Source: Candidatus Gottesmanbacteria bacterium
Lineage (GTDB): Bacteria > Patescibacteriota > Microgenomatia > UBA10105
NCBI GenBank assembly: GCA_023245415.1
Contig: JAHFKJ010000003.1
Location: 7,196-71,195 of the forward strand
Length of the DNA stretch: 64,000 nt
Direction: 5' to 3'
Below the pieces are notes generated by a model. That model saw only the letters and a list, made by a program, of their open reading frames with translations, had not been told where the DNA came from and searched no databases. Shown piece after piece: positions 9,718 through 18,427 of this stretch; within the stretch, counting starts at the first letter, position 1, and each line of letters opens with the position of its first letter. The position numbers and the translations under genes are program-made.

Positions 9718-11019
9718 ATGCAATATTTTATTCAAACTTTCGGTTGCCAGGCGAATAAAGCTGATTCCGAACGGATAGCAGGAATGTTAGAAGCACGTGG
9801 TATGAGTCCGGCAAAAACTATCGATGAAGCGGACCATATAGTTATTAATACCTGTATGATCCGCGAGTCGGCGGAAAATAGAGTTTATGGTCTTGTTAAC
9901 AATTTGGCCAAACGTAAACTTTCGGCCAAAGGCCGATGGGCCTCGGGCCCAAAAATAGTGGTGACTGGTTGTATGATTGGGATGGCAGTTAGGGATAAAA
10001 CCGGCAAGTTTTTTCAAAAAATAAGAGAAGCGATGCCGGATGTTGATGAATTTTTGCCAATTGAAGAAGTTGGTTTTGACAACGCGCCGATACGCACAAA
10101 TCAAATTCATGCTTGGGTGCCAATATCGAATGGCTGTAACAATTTCTGTACATTTTGTGTAGTTCCTTTTACCCGTGGTCGGGAAATAAGTCGGTCATTT
10201 CATGAAATATTACATGAAATCGAACATTTAGTAAGAAACAGATTCACAGAAGTTACTTTAGTCGGCCAAAATGTTAATTCGTACGGTGCGGATTTAGTTT
10301 TAGGAAAAGATAATGTGCAGGTAATGCGAGATCTGGATGCAGGCACCTACTTTGATACAAAAAAATTGGATTTGCCTGAAAGTGTCAAAACAGTGGTTCC
10401 TTATGAAGGTTATCGCCTGCCAAATGGAATTAAAGTAACGCCTGTTTATGTCAAACACCTGGGCAGGTTGCGGATACCGACACTTTTTCCGTATTTGCTT
10501 GATGAAATCTGTAAGATTGAGTCTTTAGAAAAGGTAGACTTTATTTCCTCAAATCCTTGGGATTTTACTGATGAACTGATTGAAGTTATCAAAAAGAACA
10601 AAAAAATTGTCCGACATTTACATTTTGCTTTACAATCCGGTGATAATGAAGTTTTGAAACGCATGAATCGTTGGTATACACGGGAAGAATATTTGAATTT
10701 AGTAAACAAGATTCGTCACGAAATTCCAAAGATAACTTTTTCAACGGATATAATTGTTGGATTTTGTGGTGAAACTGATGAGCAATTTGCAAATACTGTA
10801 GAACTAGTCAAGCAGATCGATTTTACAAAAGCATATATATCCATGTATTCTGACCGGCCTGTTACTGCTGCTCACAAAGTTTATCAAGACAATATTTCTC
10901 ACAAAGTAAAAAAACAGAGGTGGAAAATCTTAGACGATTTAATTAACCAAAAAAATTTGCAAGCTGGAACCTATACGGTGGATCAATATTCATCTAAAAG
11001 AGCATTTATGCCTGCCTAA
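9718..11019 (+). CDS. miaB: MiaB-like tRNA methylthiotransferase (radical SAM)
   Basis: TFGCQAN..DSE, NTC, GC, CNNFCTFC, QSG, TDIIVGF; adjacent to miaA; no obvious TRAM domain. Confidence 0.88.
   Translation: MQYFIQTFGCQANKADSERIAGMLEARGMSPAKTIDEADHIVINTCMIRESAENRVYGLVNNLAKRKLSAKGRWASGPKIVVTGCMIGMAVRDKTGKFFQKIREAMPDVDEFLPIEEVGFDNAPIRTNQIHAWVPISNGCNNFCTFCVVPFTRGREISRSFHEILHEIEHLVRNRFTEVTLVGQNVNSYGADLVLGKDNVQVMRDLDAGTYFDTKKLDLPESVKTVVPYEGYRLPNGIKVTPVYVKHLGRLRIPTLFPYLLDEICKIESLEKVDFISSNPWDFTDELIEVIKKNKKIVRHLHFALQSGDNEVLKRMNRWYTREEYLNLVNKIRHEIPKITFSTDIIVGFCGETDEQFANTVELVKQIDFTKAYISMYSDRPVTAAHKVYQDNISHKVKKQRWKILDDLINQKNLQAGTYTVDQYSSKRAFMPA
9922..9951. repeat. Double-hairpin palindromic element in frame inside miaB
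   Basis: TCGGCC-AAA-GGCCGA plus TGGGCC-TCG-GGCCCA, 30 nt, encodes SAKGRWASGP; resembles intergenic TCCGCC-NNN-GGCGGA units. Confidence 0.75.
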
Positions 11020-11022
11020 TAT

Positions 11023-11108
11023 GTCATTCTGATCCGCCATGGGCGGAGAAGAATCTAGTCCGCCTAAGGCGGACGCTTCGCTAGATCCTTTACTACGTTC
11101 AGGATGAC
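11023..11108. repeat. Composite palindromic element (GTCAT...ATGAC) with two nested TCCGCC-NNN-GGCGGA hairpins
   Basis: GTCATTCTGA-TCCGCCATGGGCGGA-GAAGAATCTAG-TCCGCCTAAGGCGGA-...CTAGATCCTT...TCAGGATGAC. Confidence 0.85.
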
Positions 11109-11117
11109 TAGAAGTTT

Positions 11118-12200
11118 ATGAACAAACTTTTAGTAATTTGTGGCCCCACAGCCACAGGGAAAACAAATTTAGGAGTACAAATTGCCAAAAAATTTAATGG
11201 TGAAATTATTTCCGCCGATAGCCGGCAGGTGTATATAGGCATGGATATAGGTACAGGCAAAGACATTAACGAGAATGTAGAATTAAGTATTAAGAATCAA
11301 GAATTGGGGGTCGAGAATCAAAATTTAACAATTGGATTTAGGGAGAAAGAGGGTATTCCAATCTGGCTTATCGATATTGTTGAACCAGACTATGTGTTTA
11401 ACGTCGGTGAGTATGCACGGTTAGGGAAAATGATCATTAACTATTTATGGAGTAAAAATAAACTGCCGATTATCGTCGGCGGCACTGGATTATATATTAA
11501 AGCGCTGACTCAAGTACTCCCAAACATATATATACCGCCAAACGCGGATTTAAGAAAAAAACTGGAGTTAATGACAGTTGCAGAATTACAAGTAGAACTT
11601 AAGAAATCAAACAACGATTGGTTCACCCATTTAAATATATCTGACAAAAAAAATCCCCGGCGTCTGATTCGAGCAATTGAAATAGTGTCTTGGAAAAAAA
11701 ATGTCATGCTGAACTCGTTTCAGCATCTCAATATTTACAAGTCTTCATTCCAAACTGATCAAGGAATCCTGAAATCCATTCGGCAGGCTCAGGATGACAA
11801 TCTCACTATTGGCCTCACCGCGCCACTAAATGATTTATTTCGCCGGATTGATGCCCGGGTTGAAGCCCGGGTCAAAGCCGGAATAATTGCGGAAATTACC
11901 ACCTTACTTAAGAATGGGTTTGGTTGGGATTTGGCCTCAATGAGTGGATTGGGGTACAAAGAATGGCAAGAATACTTCAAAGCGTTAAGCGTTAAGCGTA
12001 TAGCGTTTAGTGAAAATGAAGAATTAATCCAAAAAATTGTAGCTACCTGGAAAAAGGATGAGTATGATTATGCCAAACGACAGTTGACTTGGTTTAAAAA
12101 GGAGAAGCATATTCAATGGTTTGATACAAGTCAAAATGGCTTCGAAAATGTTGTAGTGCAACTCGTCGGAGAATGGTATACTAAAGTTAAACAAGGGTGA
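11118..12200 (+). CDS. miaA: tRNA dimethylallyltransferase
   Basis: GPTATGKT, ADSRQVY..MDIGTGK, VGGTGLY, RRLIRAIE, LGYKE, YAKRQLTWF. Confidence 0.96.
   Translation: MNKLLVICGPTATGKTNLGVQIAKKFNGEIISADSRQVYIGMDIGTGKDINENVELSIKNQELGVENQNLTIGFREKEGIPIWLIDIVEPDYVFNVGEYARLGKMIINYLWSKNKLPIIVGGTGLYIKALTQVLPNIYIPPNADLRKKLELMTVAELQVELKKSNNDWFTHLNISDKKNPRRLIRAIEIVSWKKNVMLNSFQHLNIYKSSFQTDQGILKSIRQAQDDNLTIGLTAPLNDLFRRIDARVEARVKAGIIAEITTLLKNGFGWDLASMSGLGYKEWQEYFKALSVKRIAFSENEELIQKIVATWKKDEYDYAKRQLTWFKKEKHIQWFDTSQNGFENVVVQLVGEWYTKVKQG
11703..11798. repeat. 96-nt palindromic element in frame inside miaA
   Basis: GTCATGCTGAACTCGTTTCAGCATCT...ATCCTGAAA...CTCAGGATGAC; same termini as the 11023-11108 element; 32 codons in frame. 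Confidence 0.85.
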
Positions 12201-12204
12201 TTTT

Positions 12205-13176
12205 ATGCCTGAACGAATTGAGATTTCTACGAAAGCGATACTTCTAATTTTTGCATTCGTCACTGGACTTTGGTTGTTTATCACTATTCACGATATTTTA
12301 CTTCTTCTGTTTATGGCTTTTGTCGTCATGTCGGCACTGAAGACGAATGTTGATTACATGGTTCGGCGGGGAATAAATAGAACTTTGGCAATAGCCTGCA
12401 ATTACGTGATAATTTTATGTATATTAGCAATATTCGCAACGATTGTATTACCTCCGCTCGTTTCAGAATCAATACGTTTAGCCGTTCACCTACCGGAACT
12501 TATAAATAAATTCGCACCTTTCATAAATATAAATCAGGATACGATTTTGCAGCAAATTACACCTATTGGACAGAATATAGCGAAATTGACCATCGGAGTT
12601 TTTTCAAATATCTTTACAATTTTAACAATTATGGTGTTTTCTTTTTATTTTCTGCACGAACATGGAAACGTGCGCCGGTTTTTATCGGGATTTATCGGCA
12701 GTGTTTGGGCAGATCAAACTGTTGAAATTGTCAAAAAAATTGAGGAACGGATGGGAGCATGGGTAAGAGGTGAACTGATATTAGGTTTTATTATTGGAAT
12801 ATCTTCCTATATTGGATTATTACTGCTGGGTGTCAATTTTGCTCTGCCTTTAGCTTTGCTTGCAGGGGTGTTGGAACTGGTGCCAATTATCGGACCAATA
12901 ATCTCAGCAATACCGGCGATTATCGTAGCTTTTCCTGACTCACCCCTTTTAGCCTTGAAAGTAGTTATACTTTATACGGTAATTCAACAACTGGAAAATA
13001 ACTTTATCGTCCCCACAGTCATGCAGAAGTCGGTTGGTTTACCTTCATTGGCGATTCTTTTAGCTTTGATGGTCGGTGGCAGATTGGGTGGTACTATAGG
13101 AATAATATTAGCCGTACCGTTACTTCTAGCTTCACAAACTATGATTCAATATTTTTTAACAAAACGACATATATGA
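12205..13176 (+). CDS. AI-2E (PerM) family transporter
   Basis: Multi-TM protein with P.IGP and QQLENNFIVP motifs. Confidence 0.9.
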   Translation: MPERIEISTKAILLIFAFVTGLWLFITIHDILLLLFMAFVVMSALKTNVDYMVRRGINRTLAIACNYVIILCILAIFATIVLPPLVSESIRLAVHLPELINKFAPFININQDTILQQITPIGQNIAKLTIGVFSNIFTILTIMVFSFYFLHEHGNVRRFLSGFIGSVWADQTVEIVKKIEERMGAWVRGELILGFIIGISSYIGLLLLGVNFALPLALLAGVLELVPIIGPIISAIPAIIVAFPDSPLLALKVVILYTVIQQLENNFIVPTVMQKSVGLPSLAILLALMVGGRLGGTIGIILAVPLLLASQTMIQYFLTKRHI

Positions 13177-13222
13177 TATAATGTATCTTACCTAAGTCCT
13201 CTTATACTTACTTTTTAAAAAT

Positions 13223-13594
13223 ATGCCCAATAAAGCCAAACTTAGTCAATATAAACCTTGGGGAAAATCGGTGTCTATAAATTTATTCGATTGCGACATA
13301 TCATTATTTTATCCGGATCCTATAAAAAAATTCATCAATGAAGTGATCAAAGTAGTCGATATGAAAGCTCATGGTCCATGTTATGTAGATTGCTTTGGTA
13401 TTGGGGAGCTTAAAGGGTATTCAGCGATGCAATTTATTGAGACATCTTCGATAACCGTACATACCGATGAACCAGGAAAACGATGTTTTATTGATATTTT
13501 CAGCTGTAAAGATTTTGATTCTAAGCTTGCGGCCGAAATTTCAAATAAATATTTCCAAGCCAAACGGATAAAATACATTACTTTAACAAGATAA
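13223..13594 (+). CDS. S-adenosylmethionine decarboxylase (SpeD)-like pyruvoyl proenzyme
   Basis: 123 aa; G.S...FIETSSITVH autocleavage-type motif and DIFSCK.F. Confidence 0.8.
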   Translation: MPNKAKLSQYKPWGKSVSINLFDCDISLFYPDPIKKFINEVIKVVDMKAHGPCYVDCFGIGELKGYSAMQFIETSSITVHTDEPGKRCFIDIFSCKDFDSKLAAEISNKYFQAKRIKYITLTR

Positions 13595-13647
13595 ATATAC
13601 TTCCAAAAAATAAACCTTTTTGTTGATTATGGAGAATCTGATAGTAA

Positions 13648-14520
13648 ATGAATATGAATTGGTTCATTTTTGCACTGATATCCTTTTTTGGTTGGTCGAT
13701 TGGTGATATATTTGGTGCAGTAGTATCAAAAAAAATAGGTGAATTCTCAGCTACTTTTTGGCAATTAATAGTTGGATTTATTGCATCATCATTGTTGGTT
13801 CCGCTTGCGATTACGGACTTAAGACACATGACTCTTAGTCTAATGTTGCTTAATCTCCTTCTAGGCGCCCTGTTTATTATAGGTTTAGTAACCTTTAATA
13901 AAGGTTTACGGATAGGTTCTCCAGCTAGAGTGGGAACAATAACCGCTTCTTTTTCCGCCGTGACAGCGATAATATCTTTTTTTGTATTTCATGAGCAAAT
14001 TACAGTATGGCAGCTACTTGCTTTAATCGTAATTTTTAGTGGTATCATTTTGTCTGGTTTAAAAAATAAAATAGGTAGTAGGAAAAAATATAGATTAGCT
14101 ATTAGAGGAACTTGGTTAGCGATTACTACTATGGTGTTATGGGGAATCTATTATGCATTTATAAAGATTCCTTCTCAGTATATAGGTTGGTTTTGGCCGC
14201 AATATATAACATTAAGTCTAGTACTAGTCATATGGTGGATTATACGTTTTAAAAAAATAAAAATACGCTCTGTTTTATCTAAAGGCGCCTTTTGGTCAAT
14301 TTTATTGAATGGGATACTCGTGGCGGTTGGAGAATACAGTTTTAATTATGCGGTTGTCAGGAACGCATCTGTGGTGGTTGCACCAATTGCTGGTTCGTAT
14401 CCCGTTTTATATGTTTTGTTAGCTTTCTTTGTGTTTAAAGATAAATTATCACGTATGCAATTTTTTGGTATAATAATTAATCTTCTAGGTATCGTTTGGT
14501 TAGCATATCTAAGTTCATAA
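13648..14520 (+). CDS. EamA/DMT family transporter
   Basis: About 10 TM segments in two EamA-like repeats. Confidence 0.85.
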   Translation: MNMNWFIFALISFFGWSIGDIFGAVVSKKIGEFSATFWQLIVGFIASSLLVPLAITDLRHMTLSLMLLNLLLGALFIIGLVTFNKGLRIGSPARVGTITASFSAVTAIISFFVFHEQITVWQLLALIVIFSGIILSGLKNKIGSRKKYRLAIRGTWLAITTMVLWGIYYAFIKIPSQYIGWFWPQYITLSLVLVIWWIIRFKKIKIRSVLSKGAFWSILLNGILVAVGEYSFNYAVVRNASVVVAPIAGSYPVLYVLLAFFVFKDKLSRMQFFGIIINLLGIVWLAYLSS

Positions 14521-14608
14521 TTCTAATTTAAATTTAGCTAATTAAATAATCGGAAATGAATGGAATGATTTCTTGCAAATTCTAGTTTAAATAGATAGGA
14601 TTAGATGT

Positions 14609-15268
14609 ATGATTATTTCAGATCAGTTAAGGCATTATTCAGAATCTTCTCATAGAAGTTGGGTGAAAACCAAAGCGGTGTTTACGAAAAATTCTTTATT
14701 GATTAAGTCGTATCAAGTGATGCAGCGTTGGGAAAATAACTATATGAAAAGTTTAGCAGCGATTGCTACCTCTAAAGGAGGTAATGTATTGGAGGTCGGA
14801 TTTGGTTTGGGAATTTCGGCTGGTTATATCGAACAATCAAAAAAAATTAAGACTCATATTGTAATTGAATGTCATCCTGATGTGATAAAACAGGCAAAAA
14901 TGAAATTTAAAAGGCAGTTAGCAACTGATCGGATGATACTTCGTGAAGGGTTTTGGGAGGACATCACACCACAAATATCTGATAAAACATTTGACGGAAT
15001 ACTTTTTGACAGTTGTCCGTTGGAATCTGGTGTAGAATTTTTTCAATTTTTCCCCTTTTTTACTGAAGCGTACCGATTATTAAAAGATGATGGTGTTTTT
15101 ACTTATTTTTCAGATGAGGCCAAAAAAATTTCTCCAGCACACCTTACCAAACTTAAAAAAGCCGGATTTCACAATATTAAATTTAAAATTTGCAAAGTGC
15201 GTCCACCAATAACTTGCGAATATTGGAAGCACAACTCAATAGTTGCACCAATTATCAAAAAATTATAA
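14609..15268 (+). CDS. Class I SAM-dependent methyltransferase, guanidinoacetate N-methyltransferase (GAMT/Rmt2)-like
   Basis: VMQRWENNYMKSLA..ATSKGGNVLEVGFGLGISA, H.VIECHP, G.WED, FDGILFD..PL, AYRLLK..GV.TY, V.PP..C.Y match recalled eukaryotic GAMT motifs. Confidence 0.85.
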   Translation: MIISDQLRHYSESSHRSWVKTKAVFTKNSLLIKSYQVMQRWENNYMKSLAAIATSKGGNVLEVGFGLGISAGYIEQSKKIKTHIVIECHPDVIKQAKMKFKRQLATDRMILREGFWEDITPQISDKTFDGILFDSCPLESGVEFFQFFPFFTEAYRLLKDDGVFTYFSDEAKKISPAHLTKLKKAGFHNIKFKICKVRPPITCEYWKHNSIVAPIIKKL

Positions 15269-15282
15269 ACTTTAATAGTCAT

Positions 15283-16089
15283 ATGTTTATATCCCTGCCC
15301 CAATATTTATTTTCATTATACTTGGGTGGTTTACTGATTTTTTGGTTTCTCCTTCATCTAAGTGGTTTAAAAACTGATTTTTGGAATTACCTCTATTCAT
15401 TTGCTTTTAGCCTAATGCCTCTATTTGGTGGATTATTTGGAATATACATTGCAAAACCATGGGGGTTTTTGAAAAGCTTCATAGGTAAAGCAATTTTTTA
15501 TATTTCTTTAGGATTATTTACTTGGGGTGCTGGGAGTATGGTGTGGTCATACTATAACTTTTTCCAGAAAGTGGCCGCGCCGTATCCCTCACTGGCTGAT
15601 ATTGGTTTTATACTTAGTTTACCTTTTTGGACAATCGGGATTGTCAATCTGTCTTATGCCACTGGCGCACGGGTAAACTTAAAACATAATAAAAGACGCG
15701 CCTTATTAATTTTTATTCCAGTGATTGTAATAATTGTGTCCTACTATTTATTAGTAGTTGTGGCTCGTGGTGGGATTATTACAAGTTCTTTCGATGATTA
15801 CCTGAAATTATTTTTTGATTTGGCCTATCCCATAGGAGACATAGTGATATTGTCTTTAGCACTGGTAGTATTTGGTTTGTCATTAAACTTTTTGGGGGGG
15901 AGGTACAAGTTAACAATTTTTGCAATTCTTATCGGTTTTAGTTTGATGTATGTGGCTGATTTTATATTTTCCTATACAACCACCATTGGCTCTTTTTACA
16001 ATGGAGATTTCGGCGATTTAATGTTTACCTTGGCGCTATTTACAATTACTTTTGGAATATTCGGTTTTTATTCGTTACCTAGAAATTAA
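15283..16089 (+). CDS. Multi-pass membrane protein, putative stand-alone membrane sensor domain
   Basis: About 8 TM segments with PYPSLADIGF and DLAYPIGD motifs, recalled from membrane input domains of signalling proteins. ATG 15283 avoids overlap with the upstream gene. Confidence 0.65.
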   Translation: MFISLPQYLFSLYLGGLLIFWFLLHLSGLKTDFWNYLYSFAFSLMPLFGGLFGIYIAKPWGFLKSFIGKAIFYISLGLFTWGAGSMVWSYYNFFQKVAAPYPSLADIGFILSLPFWTIGIVNLSYATGARVNLKHNKRRALLIFIPVIVIIVSYYLLVVVARGGIITSSFDDYLKLFFDLAYPIGDIVILSLALVVFGLSLNFLGGRYKLTIFAILIGFSLMYVADFIFSYTTTIGSFYNGDFGDLMFTLALFTITFGIFGFYSLPRN

Positions 16090-16113
16090 TAGCTTAAAAA
16101 AATTTCAGTATAT

Positions 16114-16398
16114 ATGCAAAGTTTAGACATTAATTTACTAATTAAATCAATCATCGAAAAACAAAGTACAATTATTGGACCTTTAGCCGTAGAACAGGCC
16201 AACAAGGTAGATGGTGTTAAGGTTTCCGCTGACATGGGTAGTATACAAGTTGATGGTGATCCCAGACAAGTCTTAAATAATTTAGTGATTCAATATGAGA
16301 AAATCTTTGGGTTAGCATCAGTGGAGGTATGTAAAGATGCAGTTCGAGAAGTACAGCCAGCCGTCCCTCAAAAAGAATTGCCTGAAATTCTGCAATAA
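16114..16398 (+). CDS. Small soluble hypothetical protein (94 aa) upstream of histidine kinase
   Basis: Clean ORF in an operon-like position; helical, with IIGPLA and YEKIFG motifs. Confidence 0.75.
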   Translation: MQSLDINLLIKSIIEKQSTIIGPLAVEQANKVDGVKVSADMGSIQVDGDPRQVLNNLVIQYEKIFGLASVEVCKDAVREVQPAVPQKELPEILQ

Positions 16399-16439
16399 TG
16401 CCTCTCGTATCTTCTGCAATTTTTATCTATAATTGATTC

Positions 16440-17885
16440 ATGTCTGCTGCAAATGTAGTTTTCTATGGGTCTTCTCCAGCCCAAAGAGGTTTTGGTTTGC
16501 CTCAGACTAAACCGCAGTCTACGTCTGATAATTCAGATACAGGCATGTTGTTACGCGGTGATGATTCGTATCGAAAAATTACTGAAGAGATGTACAAGCA
16601 AAATCTGGAATTGGCGATTCGCAACAAAACATTAGGGGTTTTGAAAAGTCTGTATGCTATTTCCATGGGCTCACTTGATGTGAAAGAAGTAGCCCAAAGT
16701 ATAGCTGATACGATAGTCAAAGAATTAAATTTTGCTGCAGTATTTATATATAAAATTAATCATATCGAAAAAATACTCTGTCCGATTGCGTTTACTAAGT
16801 TGCCGGAAATGCTGGAGTCTCTGCAACTACTTGGTAAGCCGCTTGAGGAAATGTCTTTGTCTTTAGATTTTGGAGAGAATTTGTTGATTAACACCATAAA
16901 AGACAAAGAAAGAAAAATAACCGGGAATTTGCTCGATATTCTTGTGCCTTTCGTAGATCAGCAGACGGCCGATGAAATTGAACGGATAACTAAAATCAAA
17001 ACGATCATTATTTACCCTCTTTATTTAGCAGATAAATCATTGGGAACATTAACCATCGGTTTGGCAAAAAAAGTGGATGATTTGTCCAGAAGTGAAAAAG
17101 AAACACTGGAACAGCTCATCGATGTCGTCAGCATCGCGCTTGATCGGGCCCAGCTGCATCAGGATTTACAATTGGCTAACGAAAAACTGCAGGAGTTGGA
17201 TAAACTCAAAGACGAGTTTGTGTCGCTCGCTTCCCATGAACTCAGGACCCCCATGACCGCGATCAAGGGATCGCTATCGACAATATTGGATGGGTACGCC
17301 GGTGAAGTTTCTAAAGATGGACGTGAGTTTTTGACCGCCGCTTACAATGAAAATGACCGCCTCATCCGTCTAGTAAATAATTTATTAAATATCTCCCGGA
17401 TTGAAGCCGGCAGGTTTGCATTTAATGTGTCAAGTATTAACATGGATCAACTCATCAGCGAAATTCTGTATAGTTTACAGCCGGCGGTCAAAGAAAAAAA
17501 TATTTATTTGAAGTTTGTTTCCGACGGAAAATTGCCACTTGTAGCCGGTGACGTAGATAAAGTAAAAGAGGTCCTGATTAATTTGATCGGAAACGCGATC
17601 AAATTTACCCATAAAGGTGGGGTGGTAATCACGGCTCATGTTCAAGACCAGATGGTAGTTACAGCTGTGACAGATACCGGTTCCGGAATTGCCAAAGAAG
17701 ATCAGGATCTCCTGTTTAAAAAATTTTCCCAGGTCGGTAAAAATTATGCCCGGCCGACCGGAGGAACAGGTTTAGGATTGTATATCAGTAAAAAAATTGT
17801 CGAAGGACTGCAAGGATCAATTTGGCTGGATTCAACGTTAAACAAAGGTAGTACTTTTTATTTTTCACTGCCGATTGCGAAATAA
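16440..17885 (+). CDS. Cytoplasmic GAF-domain sensor histidine kinase
   Basis: No TM segment; GAF-like region; H-box SHELRTP, N-box NLIGNAIKF, G-boxes DTGSGI and GGTGLGL. Confidence 0.95.
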   Translation: MSAANVVFYGSSPAQRGFGLPQTKPQSTSDNSDTGMLLRGDDSYRKITEEMYKQNLELAIRNKTLGVLKSLYAISMGSLDVKEVAQSIADTIVKELNFAAVFIYKINHIEKILCPIAFTKLPEMLESLQLLGKPLEEMSLSLDFGENLLINTIKDKERKITGNLLDILVPFVDQQTADEIERITKIKTIIIYPLYLADKSLGTLTIGLAKKVDDLSRSEKETLEQLIDVVSIALDRAQLHQDLQLANEKLQELDKLKDEFVSLASHELRTPMTAIKGSLSTILDGYAGEVSKDGREFLTAAYNENDRLIRLVNNLLNISRIEAGRFAFNVSSINMDQLISEILYSLQPAVKEKNIYLKFVSDGKLPLVAGDVDKVKEVLINLIGNAIKFTHKGGVVITAHVQDQMVVTAVTDTGSGIAKEDQDLLFKKFSQVGKNYARPTGGTGLGLYISKKIVEGLQGSIWLDSTLNKGSTFYFSLPIAK

Positions 17886-17977
17886 TCATGTATAATATGA
17901 GTCGGAAGATGATTGACAAGAGATAAGTGAGAAGTAATAAATAATTTTGATTTTTTTCTGCTTGTCACTATTTAATT

Positions 17978-18352
17978 ATGGCGAAAATTCTCTTAGTCGA
18001 AGACGATCCTTTAATCATTAAGATTTACACCACACGCTTGATTGCCGATGGCTTTCAGGTTTTTTCAGCCGAAAACGGGGAAGATGGATTAAAACTCGCA
18101 GAAAAAGAGCTGCCGGATATTGTAGTTCTTGACATAATGATGCCGAAAATTGATGGTTTCGGAGTTTTGGAAAAATTAAGAAATCATGAAATGCTTAAAA
18201 ATATACCTATTTTGATATACTCAAATTTAGCCGCGGAGGATGAAGTTGCACGGGCATTAAAAATGGGTGCAACCGAGTTTATAATAAAAGCAAATCTTTC
18301 CCCTACAGAAATGGTGAGTAAAATAAAACAATACTTACACCCAAGCGTATAG
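17978..18352 (+). CDS. Single-domain response regulator
   Basis: LLVEDD, LDIMMP, FIIK; no output domain. Confidence 0.95.
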   Translation: MAKILLVEDDPLIIKIYTTRLIADGFQVFSAENGEDGLKLAEKELPDIVVLDIMMPKIDGFGVLEKLRNHEMLKNIPILIYSNLAAEDEVARALKMGATEFIIKANLSPTEMVSKIKQYLHPSV

Positions 18353-18423
18353 CGTTTAACGTGAAGCGTTAAGGTGATTAAAATGTAATTTGCTGTACGC
18401 TTTACCCTTTACGCTTAGCGCTA
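18343..18423. repeat. 7-mer tandem repeats (AAGCGTT-like) arranged as an inverted pair
   Basis: AAGCGTA TAGCGTT TAACGTG AAGCGTT ... TACGCTT TACCCTT TACGCTT AGCGCTA. Confidence 0.8.
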
Positions 18424-18427
18424 TAAT

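Noticed and set aside
7112-18423. CRISPR array interpretation of the short repeats
   Set aside because: Units are 7-9 nt and contiguous, with no spacers and no cas genes.
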